From assembly GCA_965644295.1 (NCBI GenBank), contig CBFFRP010000111.1, forward strand, positions 1 to 64,000: DNA of 64,000 nt. The letters are read 5' to 3'. Both the position numbers and the translations under genes were made by a program. Origin of the DNA: Paraphysomonas bandaiensis (taxonomy: Eukaryota > Protista > Chrysophyceae). The notes below the pieces were generated by a model. The model searched no databases. It had not been told where the DNA came from and saw nothing but the letters and a program-made list of their open reading frames with translations. Position 1 is the first letter of the stretch, and each line of letters opens with the position of its first letter. Shown here piece by piece: positions 1 through 12,198 of this stretch.

Positions 1-2682
1 TCAGGTACCGATTCATCAAATAATACATGTACAGAGTGTACTACGGTGTCCCCCACTAGCACCTTGTATCCTTTTCGATCAGCTGGATACCCTATGAAAT
101 AACCTGTCATTGCTTTGTCCTCCCAGTCATTGCTTGGGTGTTAGCACATATGCTTTGCACCCCCATTTCCGTAGCCACGATAGGCTGGGAACGCTCCCCC
201 CTGGGACACACTCATATGGAGACATCCATCCTTGCCACGTCCGAGTTGGCATTCGTCGCACAATGTAACATGCAGTTTGATAAGCATCAAACCAGAACGA
301 CTTTGGAAGTCCAGATGCCGTCAACATCGTCAGTGTCATCTCCCCAATTGTTCGGAATTTCCTCTCAGACACCGCGTTGAGCTCTGGCGTGTCTCGTGTT
401 GTATGTGACACCCGAGTCCCATATCGCTGCAACAGATACTCTCTTATCTGCTGACTAATAAGTTCGGATCCTCCATCGGCATGATACTCCACTATACGGT
501 TCCACCCCTCGTACTTCACTAAGTGGACTCGCACAAGTGTCGTAGACATTTGAACACCTCCTCTCCGCTTCGGAGTCCTCAATCCATATTCCCATATCAT
601 CTTTGTTGCTAAGTCCGTAAATAGGAGCACGTACTTATACCCTTGTCTGGATTCACAATTGAGATAGACGGAGATGTCCGCTGCCTACTCTTCCAGGAAC
701 CCGACTGCGCTTAGCTCTTCGTTGTCCCGTGATCTGAACGAGATGCCGTGGTTGTCTTCGCCTTGGCACACCATTTACACAGGTTTCTTGCAACTCTCCT
801 CCTTTGCCTCGAAAGGTTGATGTCGTTGTAGTCCTGATCCCTCTGAATAAATGGTGAGCTTCTATTAACTTCGATTTCGAGACATGTCCAGTACGCTCGC
901 GTAAGCGATCCAACGCATCTTGTCCTGTATTATCCGACAAATTTACCTCCTCCATCTGATTGCACATAGACACATTTGGCAGATTTAACACCTCCATCAA
1001 GTCCATACGGCATTCCTCCATGCTCATCGTACTCTCCAGTCAACACCTCGTTTCCAGAGTCCAATTCCACGATTTTAGGCTTTCGAAGCAGTTGTAATCC
1101 GTATCCCATTGATCTCACATCCCTCCTGACACAATGTTCTTCACTGCTTCTTCACTAACTCTGATGTCTCTCCATTCCCCGAATGTACCAGCCCCTGTGT
1201 CTCCAATTGAGAATCTTTTCTAGTTAGTTGATTGCCTCAAACTCAGGAGTAAATGGACTTGCGCAATTTTTTATCCTTTACTATAAACAGTCTTTTACTT
1301 GCCAACTGTCCAGATATACACGAGGTTCTTCCGACGTATCCACTGATAGCAAAACCTCTTCTCCAAACATATTCGCTTCATCATCCGACGACTCTCCGTC
1401 GCTGACGTATTTCTTCCATTCTGTCTCGAATTTCCTGTTCGATTTTCGAGGAGATTCTCATTATCCGGGTTTTTTATGTTCTTCCGTTTTTTCGACTTGC
1501 ACTGTCGGGCTTTATGACTAAAATCTCCACAGATATGACAACCAGTATAATCCTTTGATCCTGGCTGCTGCACACTTCGGAAGCCTTTTCCTTTGTCTTC
1601 CCTTTCTTTTGAACTTATCCATTTTTCTTTGTCGTTCACTTAGCATAACAATTCGCTGCTACATGTCCCTTCTTCCGACAAAATGAACAAACCACTGGCT
1701 CCTTCGACGCCGTAGAGTTGATCTCTTCGGGTTTGTCTCCCTTTAGTTTCTTCAGCTGCGTCATAGCCTCGTCATACTCTTCACAAGCCTCTTTCACCGA
1801 ATCAAATGTAGTTGTTGCTTTAGGCATCATCGCTACCGACATCCATAAATCATGTAATTCCTCTATTCGCAGCGCTGCTTTTATCTTTGCTAATTTGCTT
1901 GCCTCTGTCTGCGGTTGTCCCAATTTTATGAGCTTCTGGATTATACCGTTCAGTCGATCTACCCCAACAGACACCTTTTCCCCGGCCTTACTTTGAACGA
2001 ATGGTATTCTGCCGTAGTCTTCCAATACAGTCCCAATCTCGCCTCTGAACCTCATCAACCAGTGTCTGAAGGAGCTCACTGGATAACACCTCCTTAGCAG
2101 GATCATCAGCAGGTAAAATTGCCTTCCCTCCAAATATTGATTGGCTACCTCCAACACATCAGGGTCATGCTCGCAAGCCTCCCAAATAGTACTAACACAG
2201 GTATCATTACGCTCTCTCCATGACTCTAAATTCCTTCTCCGGCTGGCGGGTCCTCCAAGCCAAGATGGTTTCGGTTTTTCTTCATTAGATGCATCTTGAT
2301 TTTCTCGCTGAATAGTCTGCTTGGTTCTTGTCAAACCGTAGCTTCTTGTCGTCATCTTCCCCATCCCTACAACTATCACTCGCTACCATAACAGAAGTTG
2401 ACATTATTTGCTAAGGTTTACTATTCTCAACTGATAAGATGAAATTATAAACATTACATGATAAAGAACCTAAGTTGTGTTCGATGTGTTCAACACCATT
2501 CATTTACTACTATAGTGTACAAACCACCCACTCAGTGATCGTATCCTGTATAGTCATCCACTTCTACTTCAGTTTCATACTACATAATATAATGTACTAA
2601 TTACATATATATCTTTCGATCCTTTGCATCTCACATAATACTGCACTCAATTGCAAGTATATAGAATCTTCAGATCTCAACA
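1..2682 (-). mobile_element. Degenerate Ty1/copia LTR retrotransposon (5' part: LTR, PBS, gag, protease, integrase); continues past the left edge
   Basis: Frameshifted ORF pieces on the minus strand: gag with two zinc knuckles (CSFCRKKGHVAANC, CHICGDFSHKARQC); integrase core (EYHADGGSEL...TPELNAVSERKFRTIGEM...LPKSFWFDAY...WGCKAYV). PBS TGGTAGCGAG (minus strand, 2379-2388) is identical to that of the intact element at 45446. The putative LTR starts TGTTGAGATC at 2682; its inner boundary (~2390) is uncertain. Confidence 0.9.
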
Positions 2683-2757
2683 CATTCCAGAGCTTTAAGC
2701 ATATTCGCCATTATATCACTACAACTACATTCCAGAGCTTTAAGCTTTGCCATTATA
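2683..2757. repeat. Short direct duplication next to the LTR edge
   Basis: CATTCCAGAGCTTTAAGC...GCCATTATA occurs at 2683 and again at 2728. Confidence 0.7.
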
Positions 2758-2761
2758 CATT

Positions 2762-3160
2762 ATTATAAAAAAGTCATATAGATAACAAAGTAGATTTAAT
2801 AAGTAGTTTTAATGGTAGAATCCCGGGGTTTTACAACCTTTACAAATTTAAATTATTTTTCATTTTAATTTTTCCCTCTCTCTATATCTACTATTAAATC
2901 TACTTATTAAATCTACTTTACTATCTATATTACTTTTTATTATAAACATTATAAAAAATATATAAAGTTATTAATTTTATTTAAGAATATAAATAATATA
3001 TAAAGTAATTAAAAGTTATTAATAATATATAAAGTTAAATTAGCAAAGAGAAGGAATTACAACTGCAAGCTTGCAGTTGTAATTGGAAACACTCGAAGAG
3101 AAGAGGCCCCTTGAGGGGCAGTGGGGTAGAAAAAGGCTTGTCCTTGTCCCGCCTCTCTCG
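2762..3160. repeat. Very AT-rich palindromic block: ~58-bp imperfect inverted repeat, perfect 30-bp palindrome and GC-rich hairpin
   Basis: 2762-2820 is the imperfect reverse complement of ~2886-2945. AATTACAACTGCAAG|CTTGCAGTTGTAATT lies at 3055-3084, and GCCCCT-TG-AGGGGC at ~3106-3119. Confidence 0.8.
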
Positions 3161-3609
3161 TTTTGACTATTTTGTTACTAAGAAATTCAAATAAGTTAAT
3201 TCTCATATGACAGTATAACATATTATGGTGGTATTGCTTGGTGTAAACTCAGTAAACGCAACACTCCATTAATTATAATCGTGACAAACTTATTTCATCA
3301 TTCATTTCAACTTGATACTTGGATTCATTTCACTATCAACAATGATAAAACAATTTGCATTTAAAGATATTCATAATCTTGCATTCATCATTACAATCAT
3401 AACCCAAAATCCTAAAACTCCTGTCCTCTCAATTCAGTGCTGTTAGTAACTCTGCACATCGATGAGATATACTGAAGACATAGCTAATTTCTGGAGGAAG
3501 GCACTCTTGTTTGCGACGAGAGAGTGCTTAAACGGTATACCAGTTTACTCTCTTTTCCTCCTCATTTATTCGCATAGTGGAGTGAGTGTCGACCAGACGT
3601 TCAATCAGA

Positions 3610-4703
3610 CTAAAAATGGGTAGTCATTTTATCTGCTAGACTGGAAGGAAGGTACATGAGTAGCCACCTCATTAAATTCATTGGTATTGTTCCCGGCTCA
3701 TATCTGTATTGCGGGTGCTTATCTATAGCTGCAACACATATTACTTCGGCCACGTCTTTCGGTTCAATTAAGAACAGAGAGTTCAATTTTACGGCATTGA
3801 GCATACGCTGGAGACTTTTGCTAGCACCAATATAAAATGGGCTCTGTGTATGAGATGATAGCCAGTTTCGTCTTGCATCGAATACACCCTGCTTACAAAC
3901 AATTTAATTTCGAGTCTTTTGGTAGGATCTTACACAGTCTGAAATGCAGAATGCTACACGTACCTCGGCGAGTGGGGTTTTGACGCCACCAGGGTTAATC
4001 ACACACACTTTCAAATTTAGACCAGCACCAAGAGCTTCTCGGCGCAGAGTGCTAGAGAAACCTAAAATGCATCATTGGATTCAAAAGTACACACGCTACA
4101 AGTAGTTCATTTACCTTCCAAAGAATACTTCGTGCAACTGTATACTCCCTGCCATGGCCACGCCGAAGTACCTGCGAGGCTCGATATGTTAATAATGCGG
4201 CCACCCCTCGGGCCCTTGAGTAGATCACCGATAAATATTTTACAAAGATATATGGGACCAAGGATATTAACACCAAACATCTGATGAACTTTATCCCATG
4301 GAGTCTCGAGAACAGGACAGGGAATAATAACCCCTGCGTTGTTCACCAGAACATCAATACCTCTCTCTTGAATATCTGAATCCTCTTGTAGTCTTTCTAA
4401 CAGTGCATCACATGATTTGGTATCCAAAATATTACATACTTCAGTTCGTATTGATAGCTTTAATTTCTGTGCTCTGATATGAAGATCATTCAATCCATCT
4501 TCATTAATATCCACAGCAAATACTCTCCATCCTCTCTTAGCAAGCATAAGAGATGTTTCTAATCCAATGCCACTTGCTGCACCAGTGATGACAGCAATAT
4601 GTCCATATACACGCTGTTTTAGAAGCCATTTCCACTTATAGATTCGGAATATAAAATAAATGATAAGGGCAGCGATTGCCAGAAGTATAGAAACAGCTCC
4701 CAT
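3610..4703 (-). CDS. Membrane-anchored short-chain dehydrogenase/reductase (SDR), 3 exons
   Basis: N-terminal TM segment, TGAASGIG Rossmann motif, LVNNAG, catalytic S...YSCTK. GT-AG introns at ~4114-4062 and ~3964-3890 join it to INPGGVKT and to the 3610-3804 ORF. Confidence 0.92.
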
Positions 4704-4765
4704 GTGTATATCTACACGCAGCTTAGTGGTAGAGTGTGAGAATAGTGGATAGACAACCTTGATAC

Positions 4766-4961
4766 ATGTATGTATGTATGTATGTATGTATGTATGTATG
4801 TATGTATGTATGTATGTATGTATGTATGTATGTATGTATGTATGTATGTATGTATGTATGTATGTATGTATGTATGTATGTATGTATGTATGTATGTATG
4901 TATGTATGTATGTATGTATGTATGTATGTATGTATGTATGTATGTATGTATGTATGTATGT
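4766..4961. repeat. (TATG)n microsatellite, ~49 units, in a divergent promoter region
   Basis: Pure tetranucleotide array between the SDR start (4703, minus) and the plus-strand gene start (5043). Confidence 0.99.
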
Positions 4962-5042
4962 GGGCAGGTGGTTTCAGAAGGTTATGTTAGTATATTCACA
5001 GTGAGAGTGTTTAGTGAGGAATTCGTAACCATAAAAGGGACT

Positions 5043-7507
5043 ATGAACCCCCTATCCCTTCTTCTCTTCTCCTATCTCCTTCTCCCCATTCACTCCACTA
5101 CCATAACAGTAATATGTTACAATGATGTGGATATCTCTCTACACAGTAATAATGTATGTATGAGAGGAGACATACATACACACATACATACACATACACA
5201 TACATATAAACAAGTACATATCACATCATACGGATGTCCAGGTACGTATATCAACCATTCATATGTAATCTAATATACGCAACAGGCCACCCACTCCCCT
5301 CCTCTACGTATCCCCTCTATACAAACACATCATACAATACATACACAGCCGATACTAACAACACTGATAAATACATCCCCACCTTTCAACCAAGATATCA
5401 GCACTATCTCTTTACTCTCAATCATAAGCCTGTGGTAGCTAACACTGGACCGGTTGATATTCCCACTTATAAGGTGGGGTACGGCTCCACACACAGCGAG
5501 ACTGGTCCAGTGGGAATAGCAACTGATGGTATTCTACTCTACAGTCAGTACCAGAAATATGATGAAAATGGGAACGAGATATTGGGGTTCGATAATATAG
5601 ATGCAGATGTTTGTGGAGGACGTACGGACCTTTCATATAGGTATCAATACCATGCCCCGCCATTGTGTCTATTGGATCGAATGCACGTTTCGGTGCCCTT
5701 ACGCCCATCAGCTTATTTAACTTCCACTAGCAAGGATGCACAAGTGTCTCACTGGCCTGCATTAGGTTCCCCGAGCCCTGTCGTGGGCTATGCTTTAGAT
5801 GGATTTCCCATCTACGGCCCCTATAATTCCACTGGACAGCTACAAGTTGCTGGCGAAGGGACTGTACTTGACAAGTGTAACTTCGACACACAAGCTCAAC
5901 GCTATTATATTACTGCTAATTCTCCCTTTTTTCCACCCTGTCTAGTTGGGGAGCCGGGTTTGTTCGAAGCGACTGTTGTATCCCATGGAGTTTGTCCCGC
6001 TCGTGGTATTGATAACGTATGGTGCAGTGGACCAGGATGCGTAGCAGTACAACAGAATACTACACTTGTTACTACTCCATTCAGAGATGACTTTAAGTGG
6101 TATGTTACCGTTGCAATGGTCGTATTTCTGATGTGCGCCCTTCTCTGGTGTGAAGTGAGACGAGTGTTGTATCCGGAAGTAGTTTTCTATCCAGTGCAGA
6201 CTGTTATCTGGTCTATTCTACCGGCTTTGCTGCTATTACTTGGCCAGAAATCTCTACTCAAACTTTTTTTTGGATTAAGCAAAGCTATTGCTGACTATTC
6301 CCTCAATATGGTACCTATAGATGTGTACTTTCAGGAAGCTGTGGGATCTTTTCTTACAGTCTCTGGTACCCTGTACAGTCTTATTATTTCTCATCTGCTT
6401 ACACTCACCGGTGGAAAGTTCACTGACATTCGCAATGCCCTTGGAAATGAGCTAGCCAGTTGTCGTCAAGCTGTTCTGTGCATTAAGGCAATTCGAGTAT
6501 CTCCGGTTCAAAACCATGTACCAGGGAGCAAAACTCGACATGACAAACAAGTAGTGCAGAAGATGAAGGCAATGAGGGTGGTGACGTGGTACCTCAGTCA
6601 GACTTGCAAAGATTGGGGACAGCCGCATGCAACGGAAGACAACTCACTTGACGTTTTATTCGGTCTATTACCATTAATTTCAACCCTCTGTGACGACACC
6701 AATAATGCGTTTAATTACCACGTTGCGGATCGGATTGTCGATACTCTAAATGATTTGTCCGTTGCCAAGTACGATAGATTGTCTTTAGAGGACCAGCGAA
6801 TGCCCACCACTTTGTGGTGTCTACAGTATCTACTCAGCACGGTAATGTTTCTAGGTGTCGTATTGATTTTTACAGGGTCTGAACTGCTTAACTACACTAT
6901 ATGCTACCTTTGTGCCTTGCTTGTTGGCGTTTGCTCCCTAATCATCGCCGATACGGACATGCCTTATAGCGGTTTCATCAGTTTGTCTCCTGAATCAGTG
7001 TACGAGCTCATCAGTACTCTTGCCGCCAATGACAATATTGATGCCCTGGGTATCAACTTGGACCAGAAAAATAGCCGTTTTTTTAAGTCCGACCAGGGTC
7101 GTGTTAGCTCTGGTACGCTATGTAAAGCTGCAGAGGTATCAAGCCGACGCAACAGTCACAAAAAGGAGGCCTTGACTGCAGTAGGTTCTGAGCGCCGTTC
7201 ATCTATGCGAGGCATACTGCGAGTAGTGAGTAGCATTCGAACTCCAAAGGTATTCAGTAGAAGTAGCACGGAGGAATTTCTTAATGACAACACTTCCGAC
7301 GCTGTTCAAGCGTACAGTGCCTTGGACGACGATAGTGTGATATCGGGGGCTGGAGGACAGCCTAGTGGAAAGATACACGGCCTTGCGAACATCTCACCGT
7401 TGGCCTCTGATTCGGACGACGATTTCAGTTTTGATGAAAAAGTAGCAGAGCCCTTTTCGGCTCTTCCAACTCCAACTCAAAAAGTCGATTTTGAAATCGC
7501 CGAGTAG
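5043..7507 (+). CDS. Signal peptide + YHYH-like extracellular domain + multi-TM DUF4239-like domain + disordered C-tail
   Basis: ATG 5043 gives MNPLSLLLFSYLLLPIHS (signal peptide). Inferred introns 5158-5214 and 5242-5285 give ITSYGCPGHP. YHYH hallmarks: GPVGIATDG, DVCGG...YQYH, SPVVGYALDGFPIYGPY, LDKCN. DUF4239-like motifs: FLTVSGTLYSLII...ELA and RL...MPTTLW...IIADTDMPYSGFISLSPE. Confidence 0.8.
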
Positions 7508-8283
7508 TGTATGTAATGTACAAAATTCGTGGTGGAGAGAGTATGCCATGGTATACAGGAACTTACGTGGTAGGTTTAGCATTGCAATGCACTGGTAGTG
7601 GTGGTTGTAGTAGTACCGTCACGTACGTGTTCATATTTTATTCGTTTTATGCAAATGCCAAGCTTATTAAAGTTTATTGAAGTTGGTGAAGTTGTCGTTC
7701 TGTGGTTGGTTATTGTCTATCGGGTTAATTTGGGGCTAAGTTATCCTGGGGGCGATGTGTGTGTTTTGTTGGGGATAAATTATATTTCTGTCTTGGCGAC
7801 AGTAGCAATATTATAAAAATTATTTTGGCTTTTGAAAAGTTCTACAGTCGTACATAGATACGAATTGATGATGCAGGCAGTAATATGAATTCACTTACTT
7901 GGATGCTTACTGCTATATATTAATCTAGAATCTAGGGCAGAATCTCGACGCTATTGATTAGATGCCAACTTTTCTGCCTTTTGAATGGTCATTACTCCTA
8001 ATGGCTTCTAGGTTTTGATATTCTTACTTAGTAGTTATGGGCATGTACATAGCATTTCGAATGGTGGCGTGTGAAACTCTAGGTAGCTAATTCAACATGT
8101 ATGGAACTTAAGTTCAAATGCTATTACAATACGAGAAGCAAAGGAAATTAGGCGAATCTGAAATTTCAGCATTTAAATTCAACATTATGTTACGTAACCA
8201 CGTCGAAGAATAAGTAACAGCTAATGCTATACCTAATAAACTACTGCGTATGAGAGAAATGGGGGCTAGAATCCATCCCATAA

Positions 8284-9996
8284 TCACACTCCACTGGGTT
8301 CGAAGTGGAACGTTTTCCCCCAATTTTCCGTCGTCTCACCAACAGGTGGTAGGGCAAGATGTACCCAGAGCTCAGCCATAGCCTCTAAGTTTCGAGAATA
8401 TCGAATCGGCCCCACGTACAGAGGAGTGAACCCAACGGCAGATATAATCTCCGCAGCATTCACCTGTTGCTCCTTCGGCCCGGCGAATAGCATCTTCAGT
8501 GGCCCCCGAATGCTGCTGTCATATCCAGGAATATCACTACCAGTAGGGTTGGCAATATGATTAGACCCAGTGGTATTAAAAGCCTGCATTACAGCATATC
8601 CAGTGATATTATTTCATGAATACGGTATGTGCACTGGAACACTTCATAAGTGTAAATTGGCACTGCTGAAATTACAAATTGACACTGTGCACCAATGTCG
8701 AGAAGTGGGCATACAATATCAGAGCACAGTACCTTAAATACATGACAGTCTGGTAGGGCTGCCTGCATCATTTCCCCTCCTGAAGTGTTTCCATCCCATA
8801 TTACCTCTAGCTTTGGGTATTCGGACAATGGGTTGGTAGCATCCAGCACAATTTTTCCCTTTACTCCTGCTCCTAGGGAGACGGCGAAATTGTGGTACAA
8901 TTCTGCGCTACGCATCCCGCTGACAGCAAGGATTATGAAATTTCCAAAAACGCAAGCCTCTTCAACGGTAGACACAGAAGTGTTATCTGGCAAATCTCCC
9001 AGAGATGTTAGAACTTTCTGTGCACAGCAGCAGTGAATAACTGAGCTGTAAGCATAGGCATGCGCTCACCTCTAGATCCGGCTCCGCCGTCCCAAGATGA
9101 ACACTATATCCAGCACTAGAGAGACGACCGGCAAGTGCAAGAGCAACCGCACTTGTTCCAATGATCCCTACACATAGGCGGTTTACCGGCATATCTGCAG
9201 ATGGGGCAGGAGGGGGCGGAACGTTCTCCACAGATGGGGCAGGCTCCGATGCGGGACCAGTAGGAGGAGCGGGGGCTGATAGAGCGGCCGCATCGGCAGC
9301 CATTTGATCCACTCCGTACGATTGCATCCCAGAATCTTCAAAGACGCGGGCGACGGATCCTGGAGCAGTCACAGGTATTGCCCGCTCGCACTCCCCGGCA
9401 GGAAACCAAGGCTCCTCATACTCTGACACCTCCATCACACGCCAGTGCTCATGAGTCTTTCCCGGGTCATTATGGTCAAAAATATCATACCAAAGATTAT
9501 GAGAGACATCCAAATTTGCAGCAGCCATGTGTTTGGCATGGTCAGGATATCCGCCATTGAACGGACCAAAAGCGAGACGATTTGAGTACTCGATATGCAC
9601 CTCAGCCATACTGTATATGAAAAACTTGCAGTCGGTGCAATCACGAAGTCTCAGTTGTCTGCAGCAGGTGTAGAAGACACAGTTGGAGCAGTTGCGGATA
9701 AAAATAGAGCTCGTGCATGCTCCAATAAACACACGACATTTGTGCACCTCATCAATCTGCACTTGCTCGCATTGATCCATAAGAACCATCGTACTACCTT
9801 CACAGTCCGCAATGTCGAACATCTGACCATCAATACTTCCAGGCTATATATATTTATTAATTATAACAATCATTTCATTGCAATCATACACATACATACA
9901 CACATATATATATGTATATGTATAGTAACGGACCTCTTTAATTAACGGCTCCGACTCGTTTTTTTTGTTCTTAAAGCTGTAGAATGTTGCCATCAT
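8284..9996 (-). CDS. RP2/XRP2-like TBCC-domain protein fused to an F420-dependent NADP oxidoreductase-like (NpdG/STEAP N-terminal type) domain, 4 exons
   Basis: Exon 1 MMATFYSFKNKKNESEPLIKE, intron 9933-9844, then PGSIDGQMFDIADC...FIGACTSSIFIRNC...CCRQLRLRDC (TBCC with the CxQxRxRD arginine). A Pro/Ala linker follows, then VGIIGT..ALAGRL, KIVLDATNPL, SGGE, VFK|AFNT, GFTPLYVGPI..SRNLE. Confidence 0.85.
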
Positions 9997-10451
9997 CTAT
10001 ATATATATATATGAGTTGCTGTTAAGATTGTATTACAGTTTAGTACGGTATGTACAATATATGATAATATATTATGGATATTGTAGTATGTATGATACGT
10101 GACGTACATAATCTCTCCATTCTGCACGTGATTCAAATTCTTTTCCATCGGGTGTTTTGAACTTCATTAGCTTTGATTGTGAAGTGTAGACTTGTTAGGA
10201 GTACTTGATATGATACTGTGTGGAGTAGTACTGATCACTGACTGACTGACGGTGTATATTGGATGACTTTCACTTCTTGTTGTTATCGCAACACCATCAT
10301 AACTGCTTGCTGCTATAGTGTATATTCAAAATAAGTAATCGTACTACGAAAGCTGTATATAACTGTATTCCTACATGTGCAGAAATTCCTACACATCGAT
10401 AGTAGATGTACACTACTGTACCTACCTACAGTACCTACATTCATAGATATG

Positions 10452-10491
10452 TACATACATACATACATACATACATACATACATACATACA

Positions 10492-10521
<30 letters not shown>
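10452..10521. repeat. (TACA)n microsatellite, ~17 units
   Basis: Pure array ~125 bp upstream of the TLC gene ATG, in a divergent intergenic region. Confidence 0.97.
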
Positions 10522-10522
<1 letters not shown>

Positions 10523-10645
10523 CTGCTATTCTGACTATGTGTTTATGAGATTGAGTACTTTACAAGCATGACACTGACAATCTCGTGGGTACAAATCAAG
10601 CAGACATTAATTTGAAAGAGTACCCTATTCAAGTACACATAGAGT

Positions 10646-11257
10646 ATGACTATGAGCACAGTTGATCCTGTAATGCACAGGAGACATGATTTATTTAATC
10701 TCTTCTGTCTTCCTGTAATTCTCTATTATTTATCTTGCTTTTTAATTGATTTTTATAGAGGTAATCATGCTGACTTTCTATTTGTTTTTAGTGTCGGTGA
10801 AGTATATTTTTTGGTGGATACTCTCTGGCTTATTATATGGCCGCGTAGTGTTGCATCTCCCAAACTTATAATTGGGCATCATTTTCTTTCTGCGTTGGGC
10901 TGGTACCTCCCCATTTTAGTACCCGACTTGGCTCCATGGGTTTCTGCGTGTCTTCTTGTCGAAGTGAATACCTTTTTTCTAATTGCTAAGAGATATTTTC
11001 ATGATGTCAACAATATGAGGGTTTTGTTGAAAATATGCTTTCATATTACTTGGGTGACTCTGCGCGTGATTATGTACCCTGCCATTGTTTATTTCTACTC
11101 ATATAAGGTCATTGCACACTGCCAGTCACAAGGAACGTACGTCAATGTACAGAGCTTAGGTTTTGTGTTAGTATCTTGTCTAACTATACTGAATATGAAG
11201 TGGAGCTATGACCTCTACTTCGGGAAAGCCACACCAAAGGCGAAGCATGGTCTTTAA
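10646..11257 (+). CDS. TLC (TRAM/LAG1/CLN8) domain membrane protein
   Basis: Multi-TM ORF with YF..DTLW, IIGHH, LLVEVNTFFL..KR, F.ITWVTLR and LNMKW motifs. Confidence 0.85.
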   Translation: MTMSTVDPVMHRRHDLFNLFCLPVILYYLSCFLIDFYRGNHADFLFVFSVGEVYFLVDTLWLIIWPRSVASPKLIIGHHFLSALGWYLPILVPDLAPWVSACLLVEVNTFFLIAKRYFHDVNNMRVLLKICFHITWVTLRVIMYPAIVYFYSYKVIAHCQSQGTYVNVQSLGFVLVSCLTILNMKWSYDLYFGKATPKAKHGL

Positions 11258-12198
11258 TTTACATTTGTAGACAGATGTTGTAATCATCTGCATTGGATTA
11301 GGTTAGGGCAATAATATACTGTAAATCAATTTTAAAATCATTAATTCACGTTATATTCAACTTTGTCTCGTAGCCGTGTTCTCGGGGTTCCCAGTATAGT
11401 GGTGGAATACTCACTGAAAACACCAGCACAAGTAGCAAAAGCTACACCTGATGTATATAAGGTAGACCTCTAGAGTTATATCATTGTGTTTTGGTGGCAG
11501 GAGAACTTTTTCGCTCTGAATTGGATGTAGATGTGGAATTAGGAATTTCAATGCACATCAGTTGGTATATGATGTGTGTGACATGGCCGACTTTGAAAAC
11601 ACGGAACAATGATCAAATATCACTTAAATAAATCTATCATTACACATTATTTTACTTCTAAATGCGATACGGTTTTTATGTGGTTTAGAAAGTATCATTG
11701 CGTACTACATACAATGATTATTAATTTGTCGTAGTGGTGTATGGTGTATGAGTGTATGACATTAAGACAGTATTGTTCCAATTAGTTACAACAGTAACAG
11801 ATGAGAAATAGATGTGAACATAGCATATTTGTTGATACTGACTTCACTTATTTGAGCGTGTGTTAAGTATGTTCATAAAATTGTAGTTAATCTTTCGCCA
11901 ATTTCGGAAGCGATTGAATGCATTTGAGTTGCTCAAAATTGGTTTTTCGTTCATGACTATCATAGCATGCACATATAAATTATTAATTAAAAGAGTATCT
12001 TGCACAAAATAGCGCCGTAAATGATCTTAATAATTATTTAATTCAATTTTAAAGAGAAAAATAAACGACAAAGTGTAATAAAATAACAATTAAGCGGTAA
12101 AATTAACCATTATAGATGCTAAAATATTTCTAGTATAAATAACATACCAAAACCAAAATTATCGAGTAACATACAGACCCGTGCCTTTATTATATATA

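Noticed and set aside
4759-5004. MYVC-repeat ORFs (also 10313-10571 and 42578-43391)
   Set aside because: Translations of the (TATG/TACA)n microsatellites, which lack stop codons in every frame; not proteins.
11383-11440. tRNA-like start (AGTATAGTGGT..AATAC)
   Set aside because: Resembles a D-arm/A-box only; no T-arm GTTCRA and no acceptor stem.
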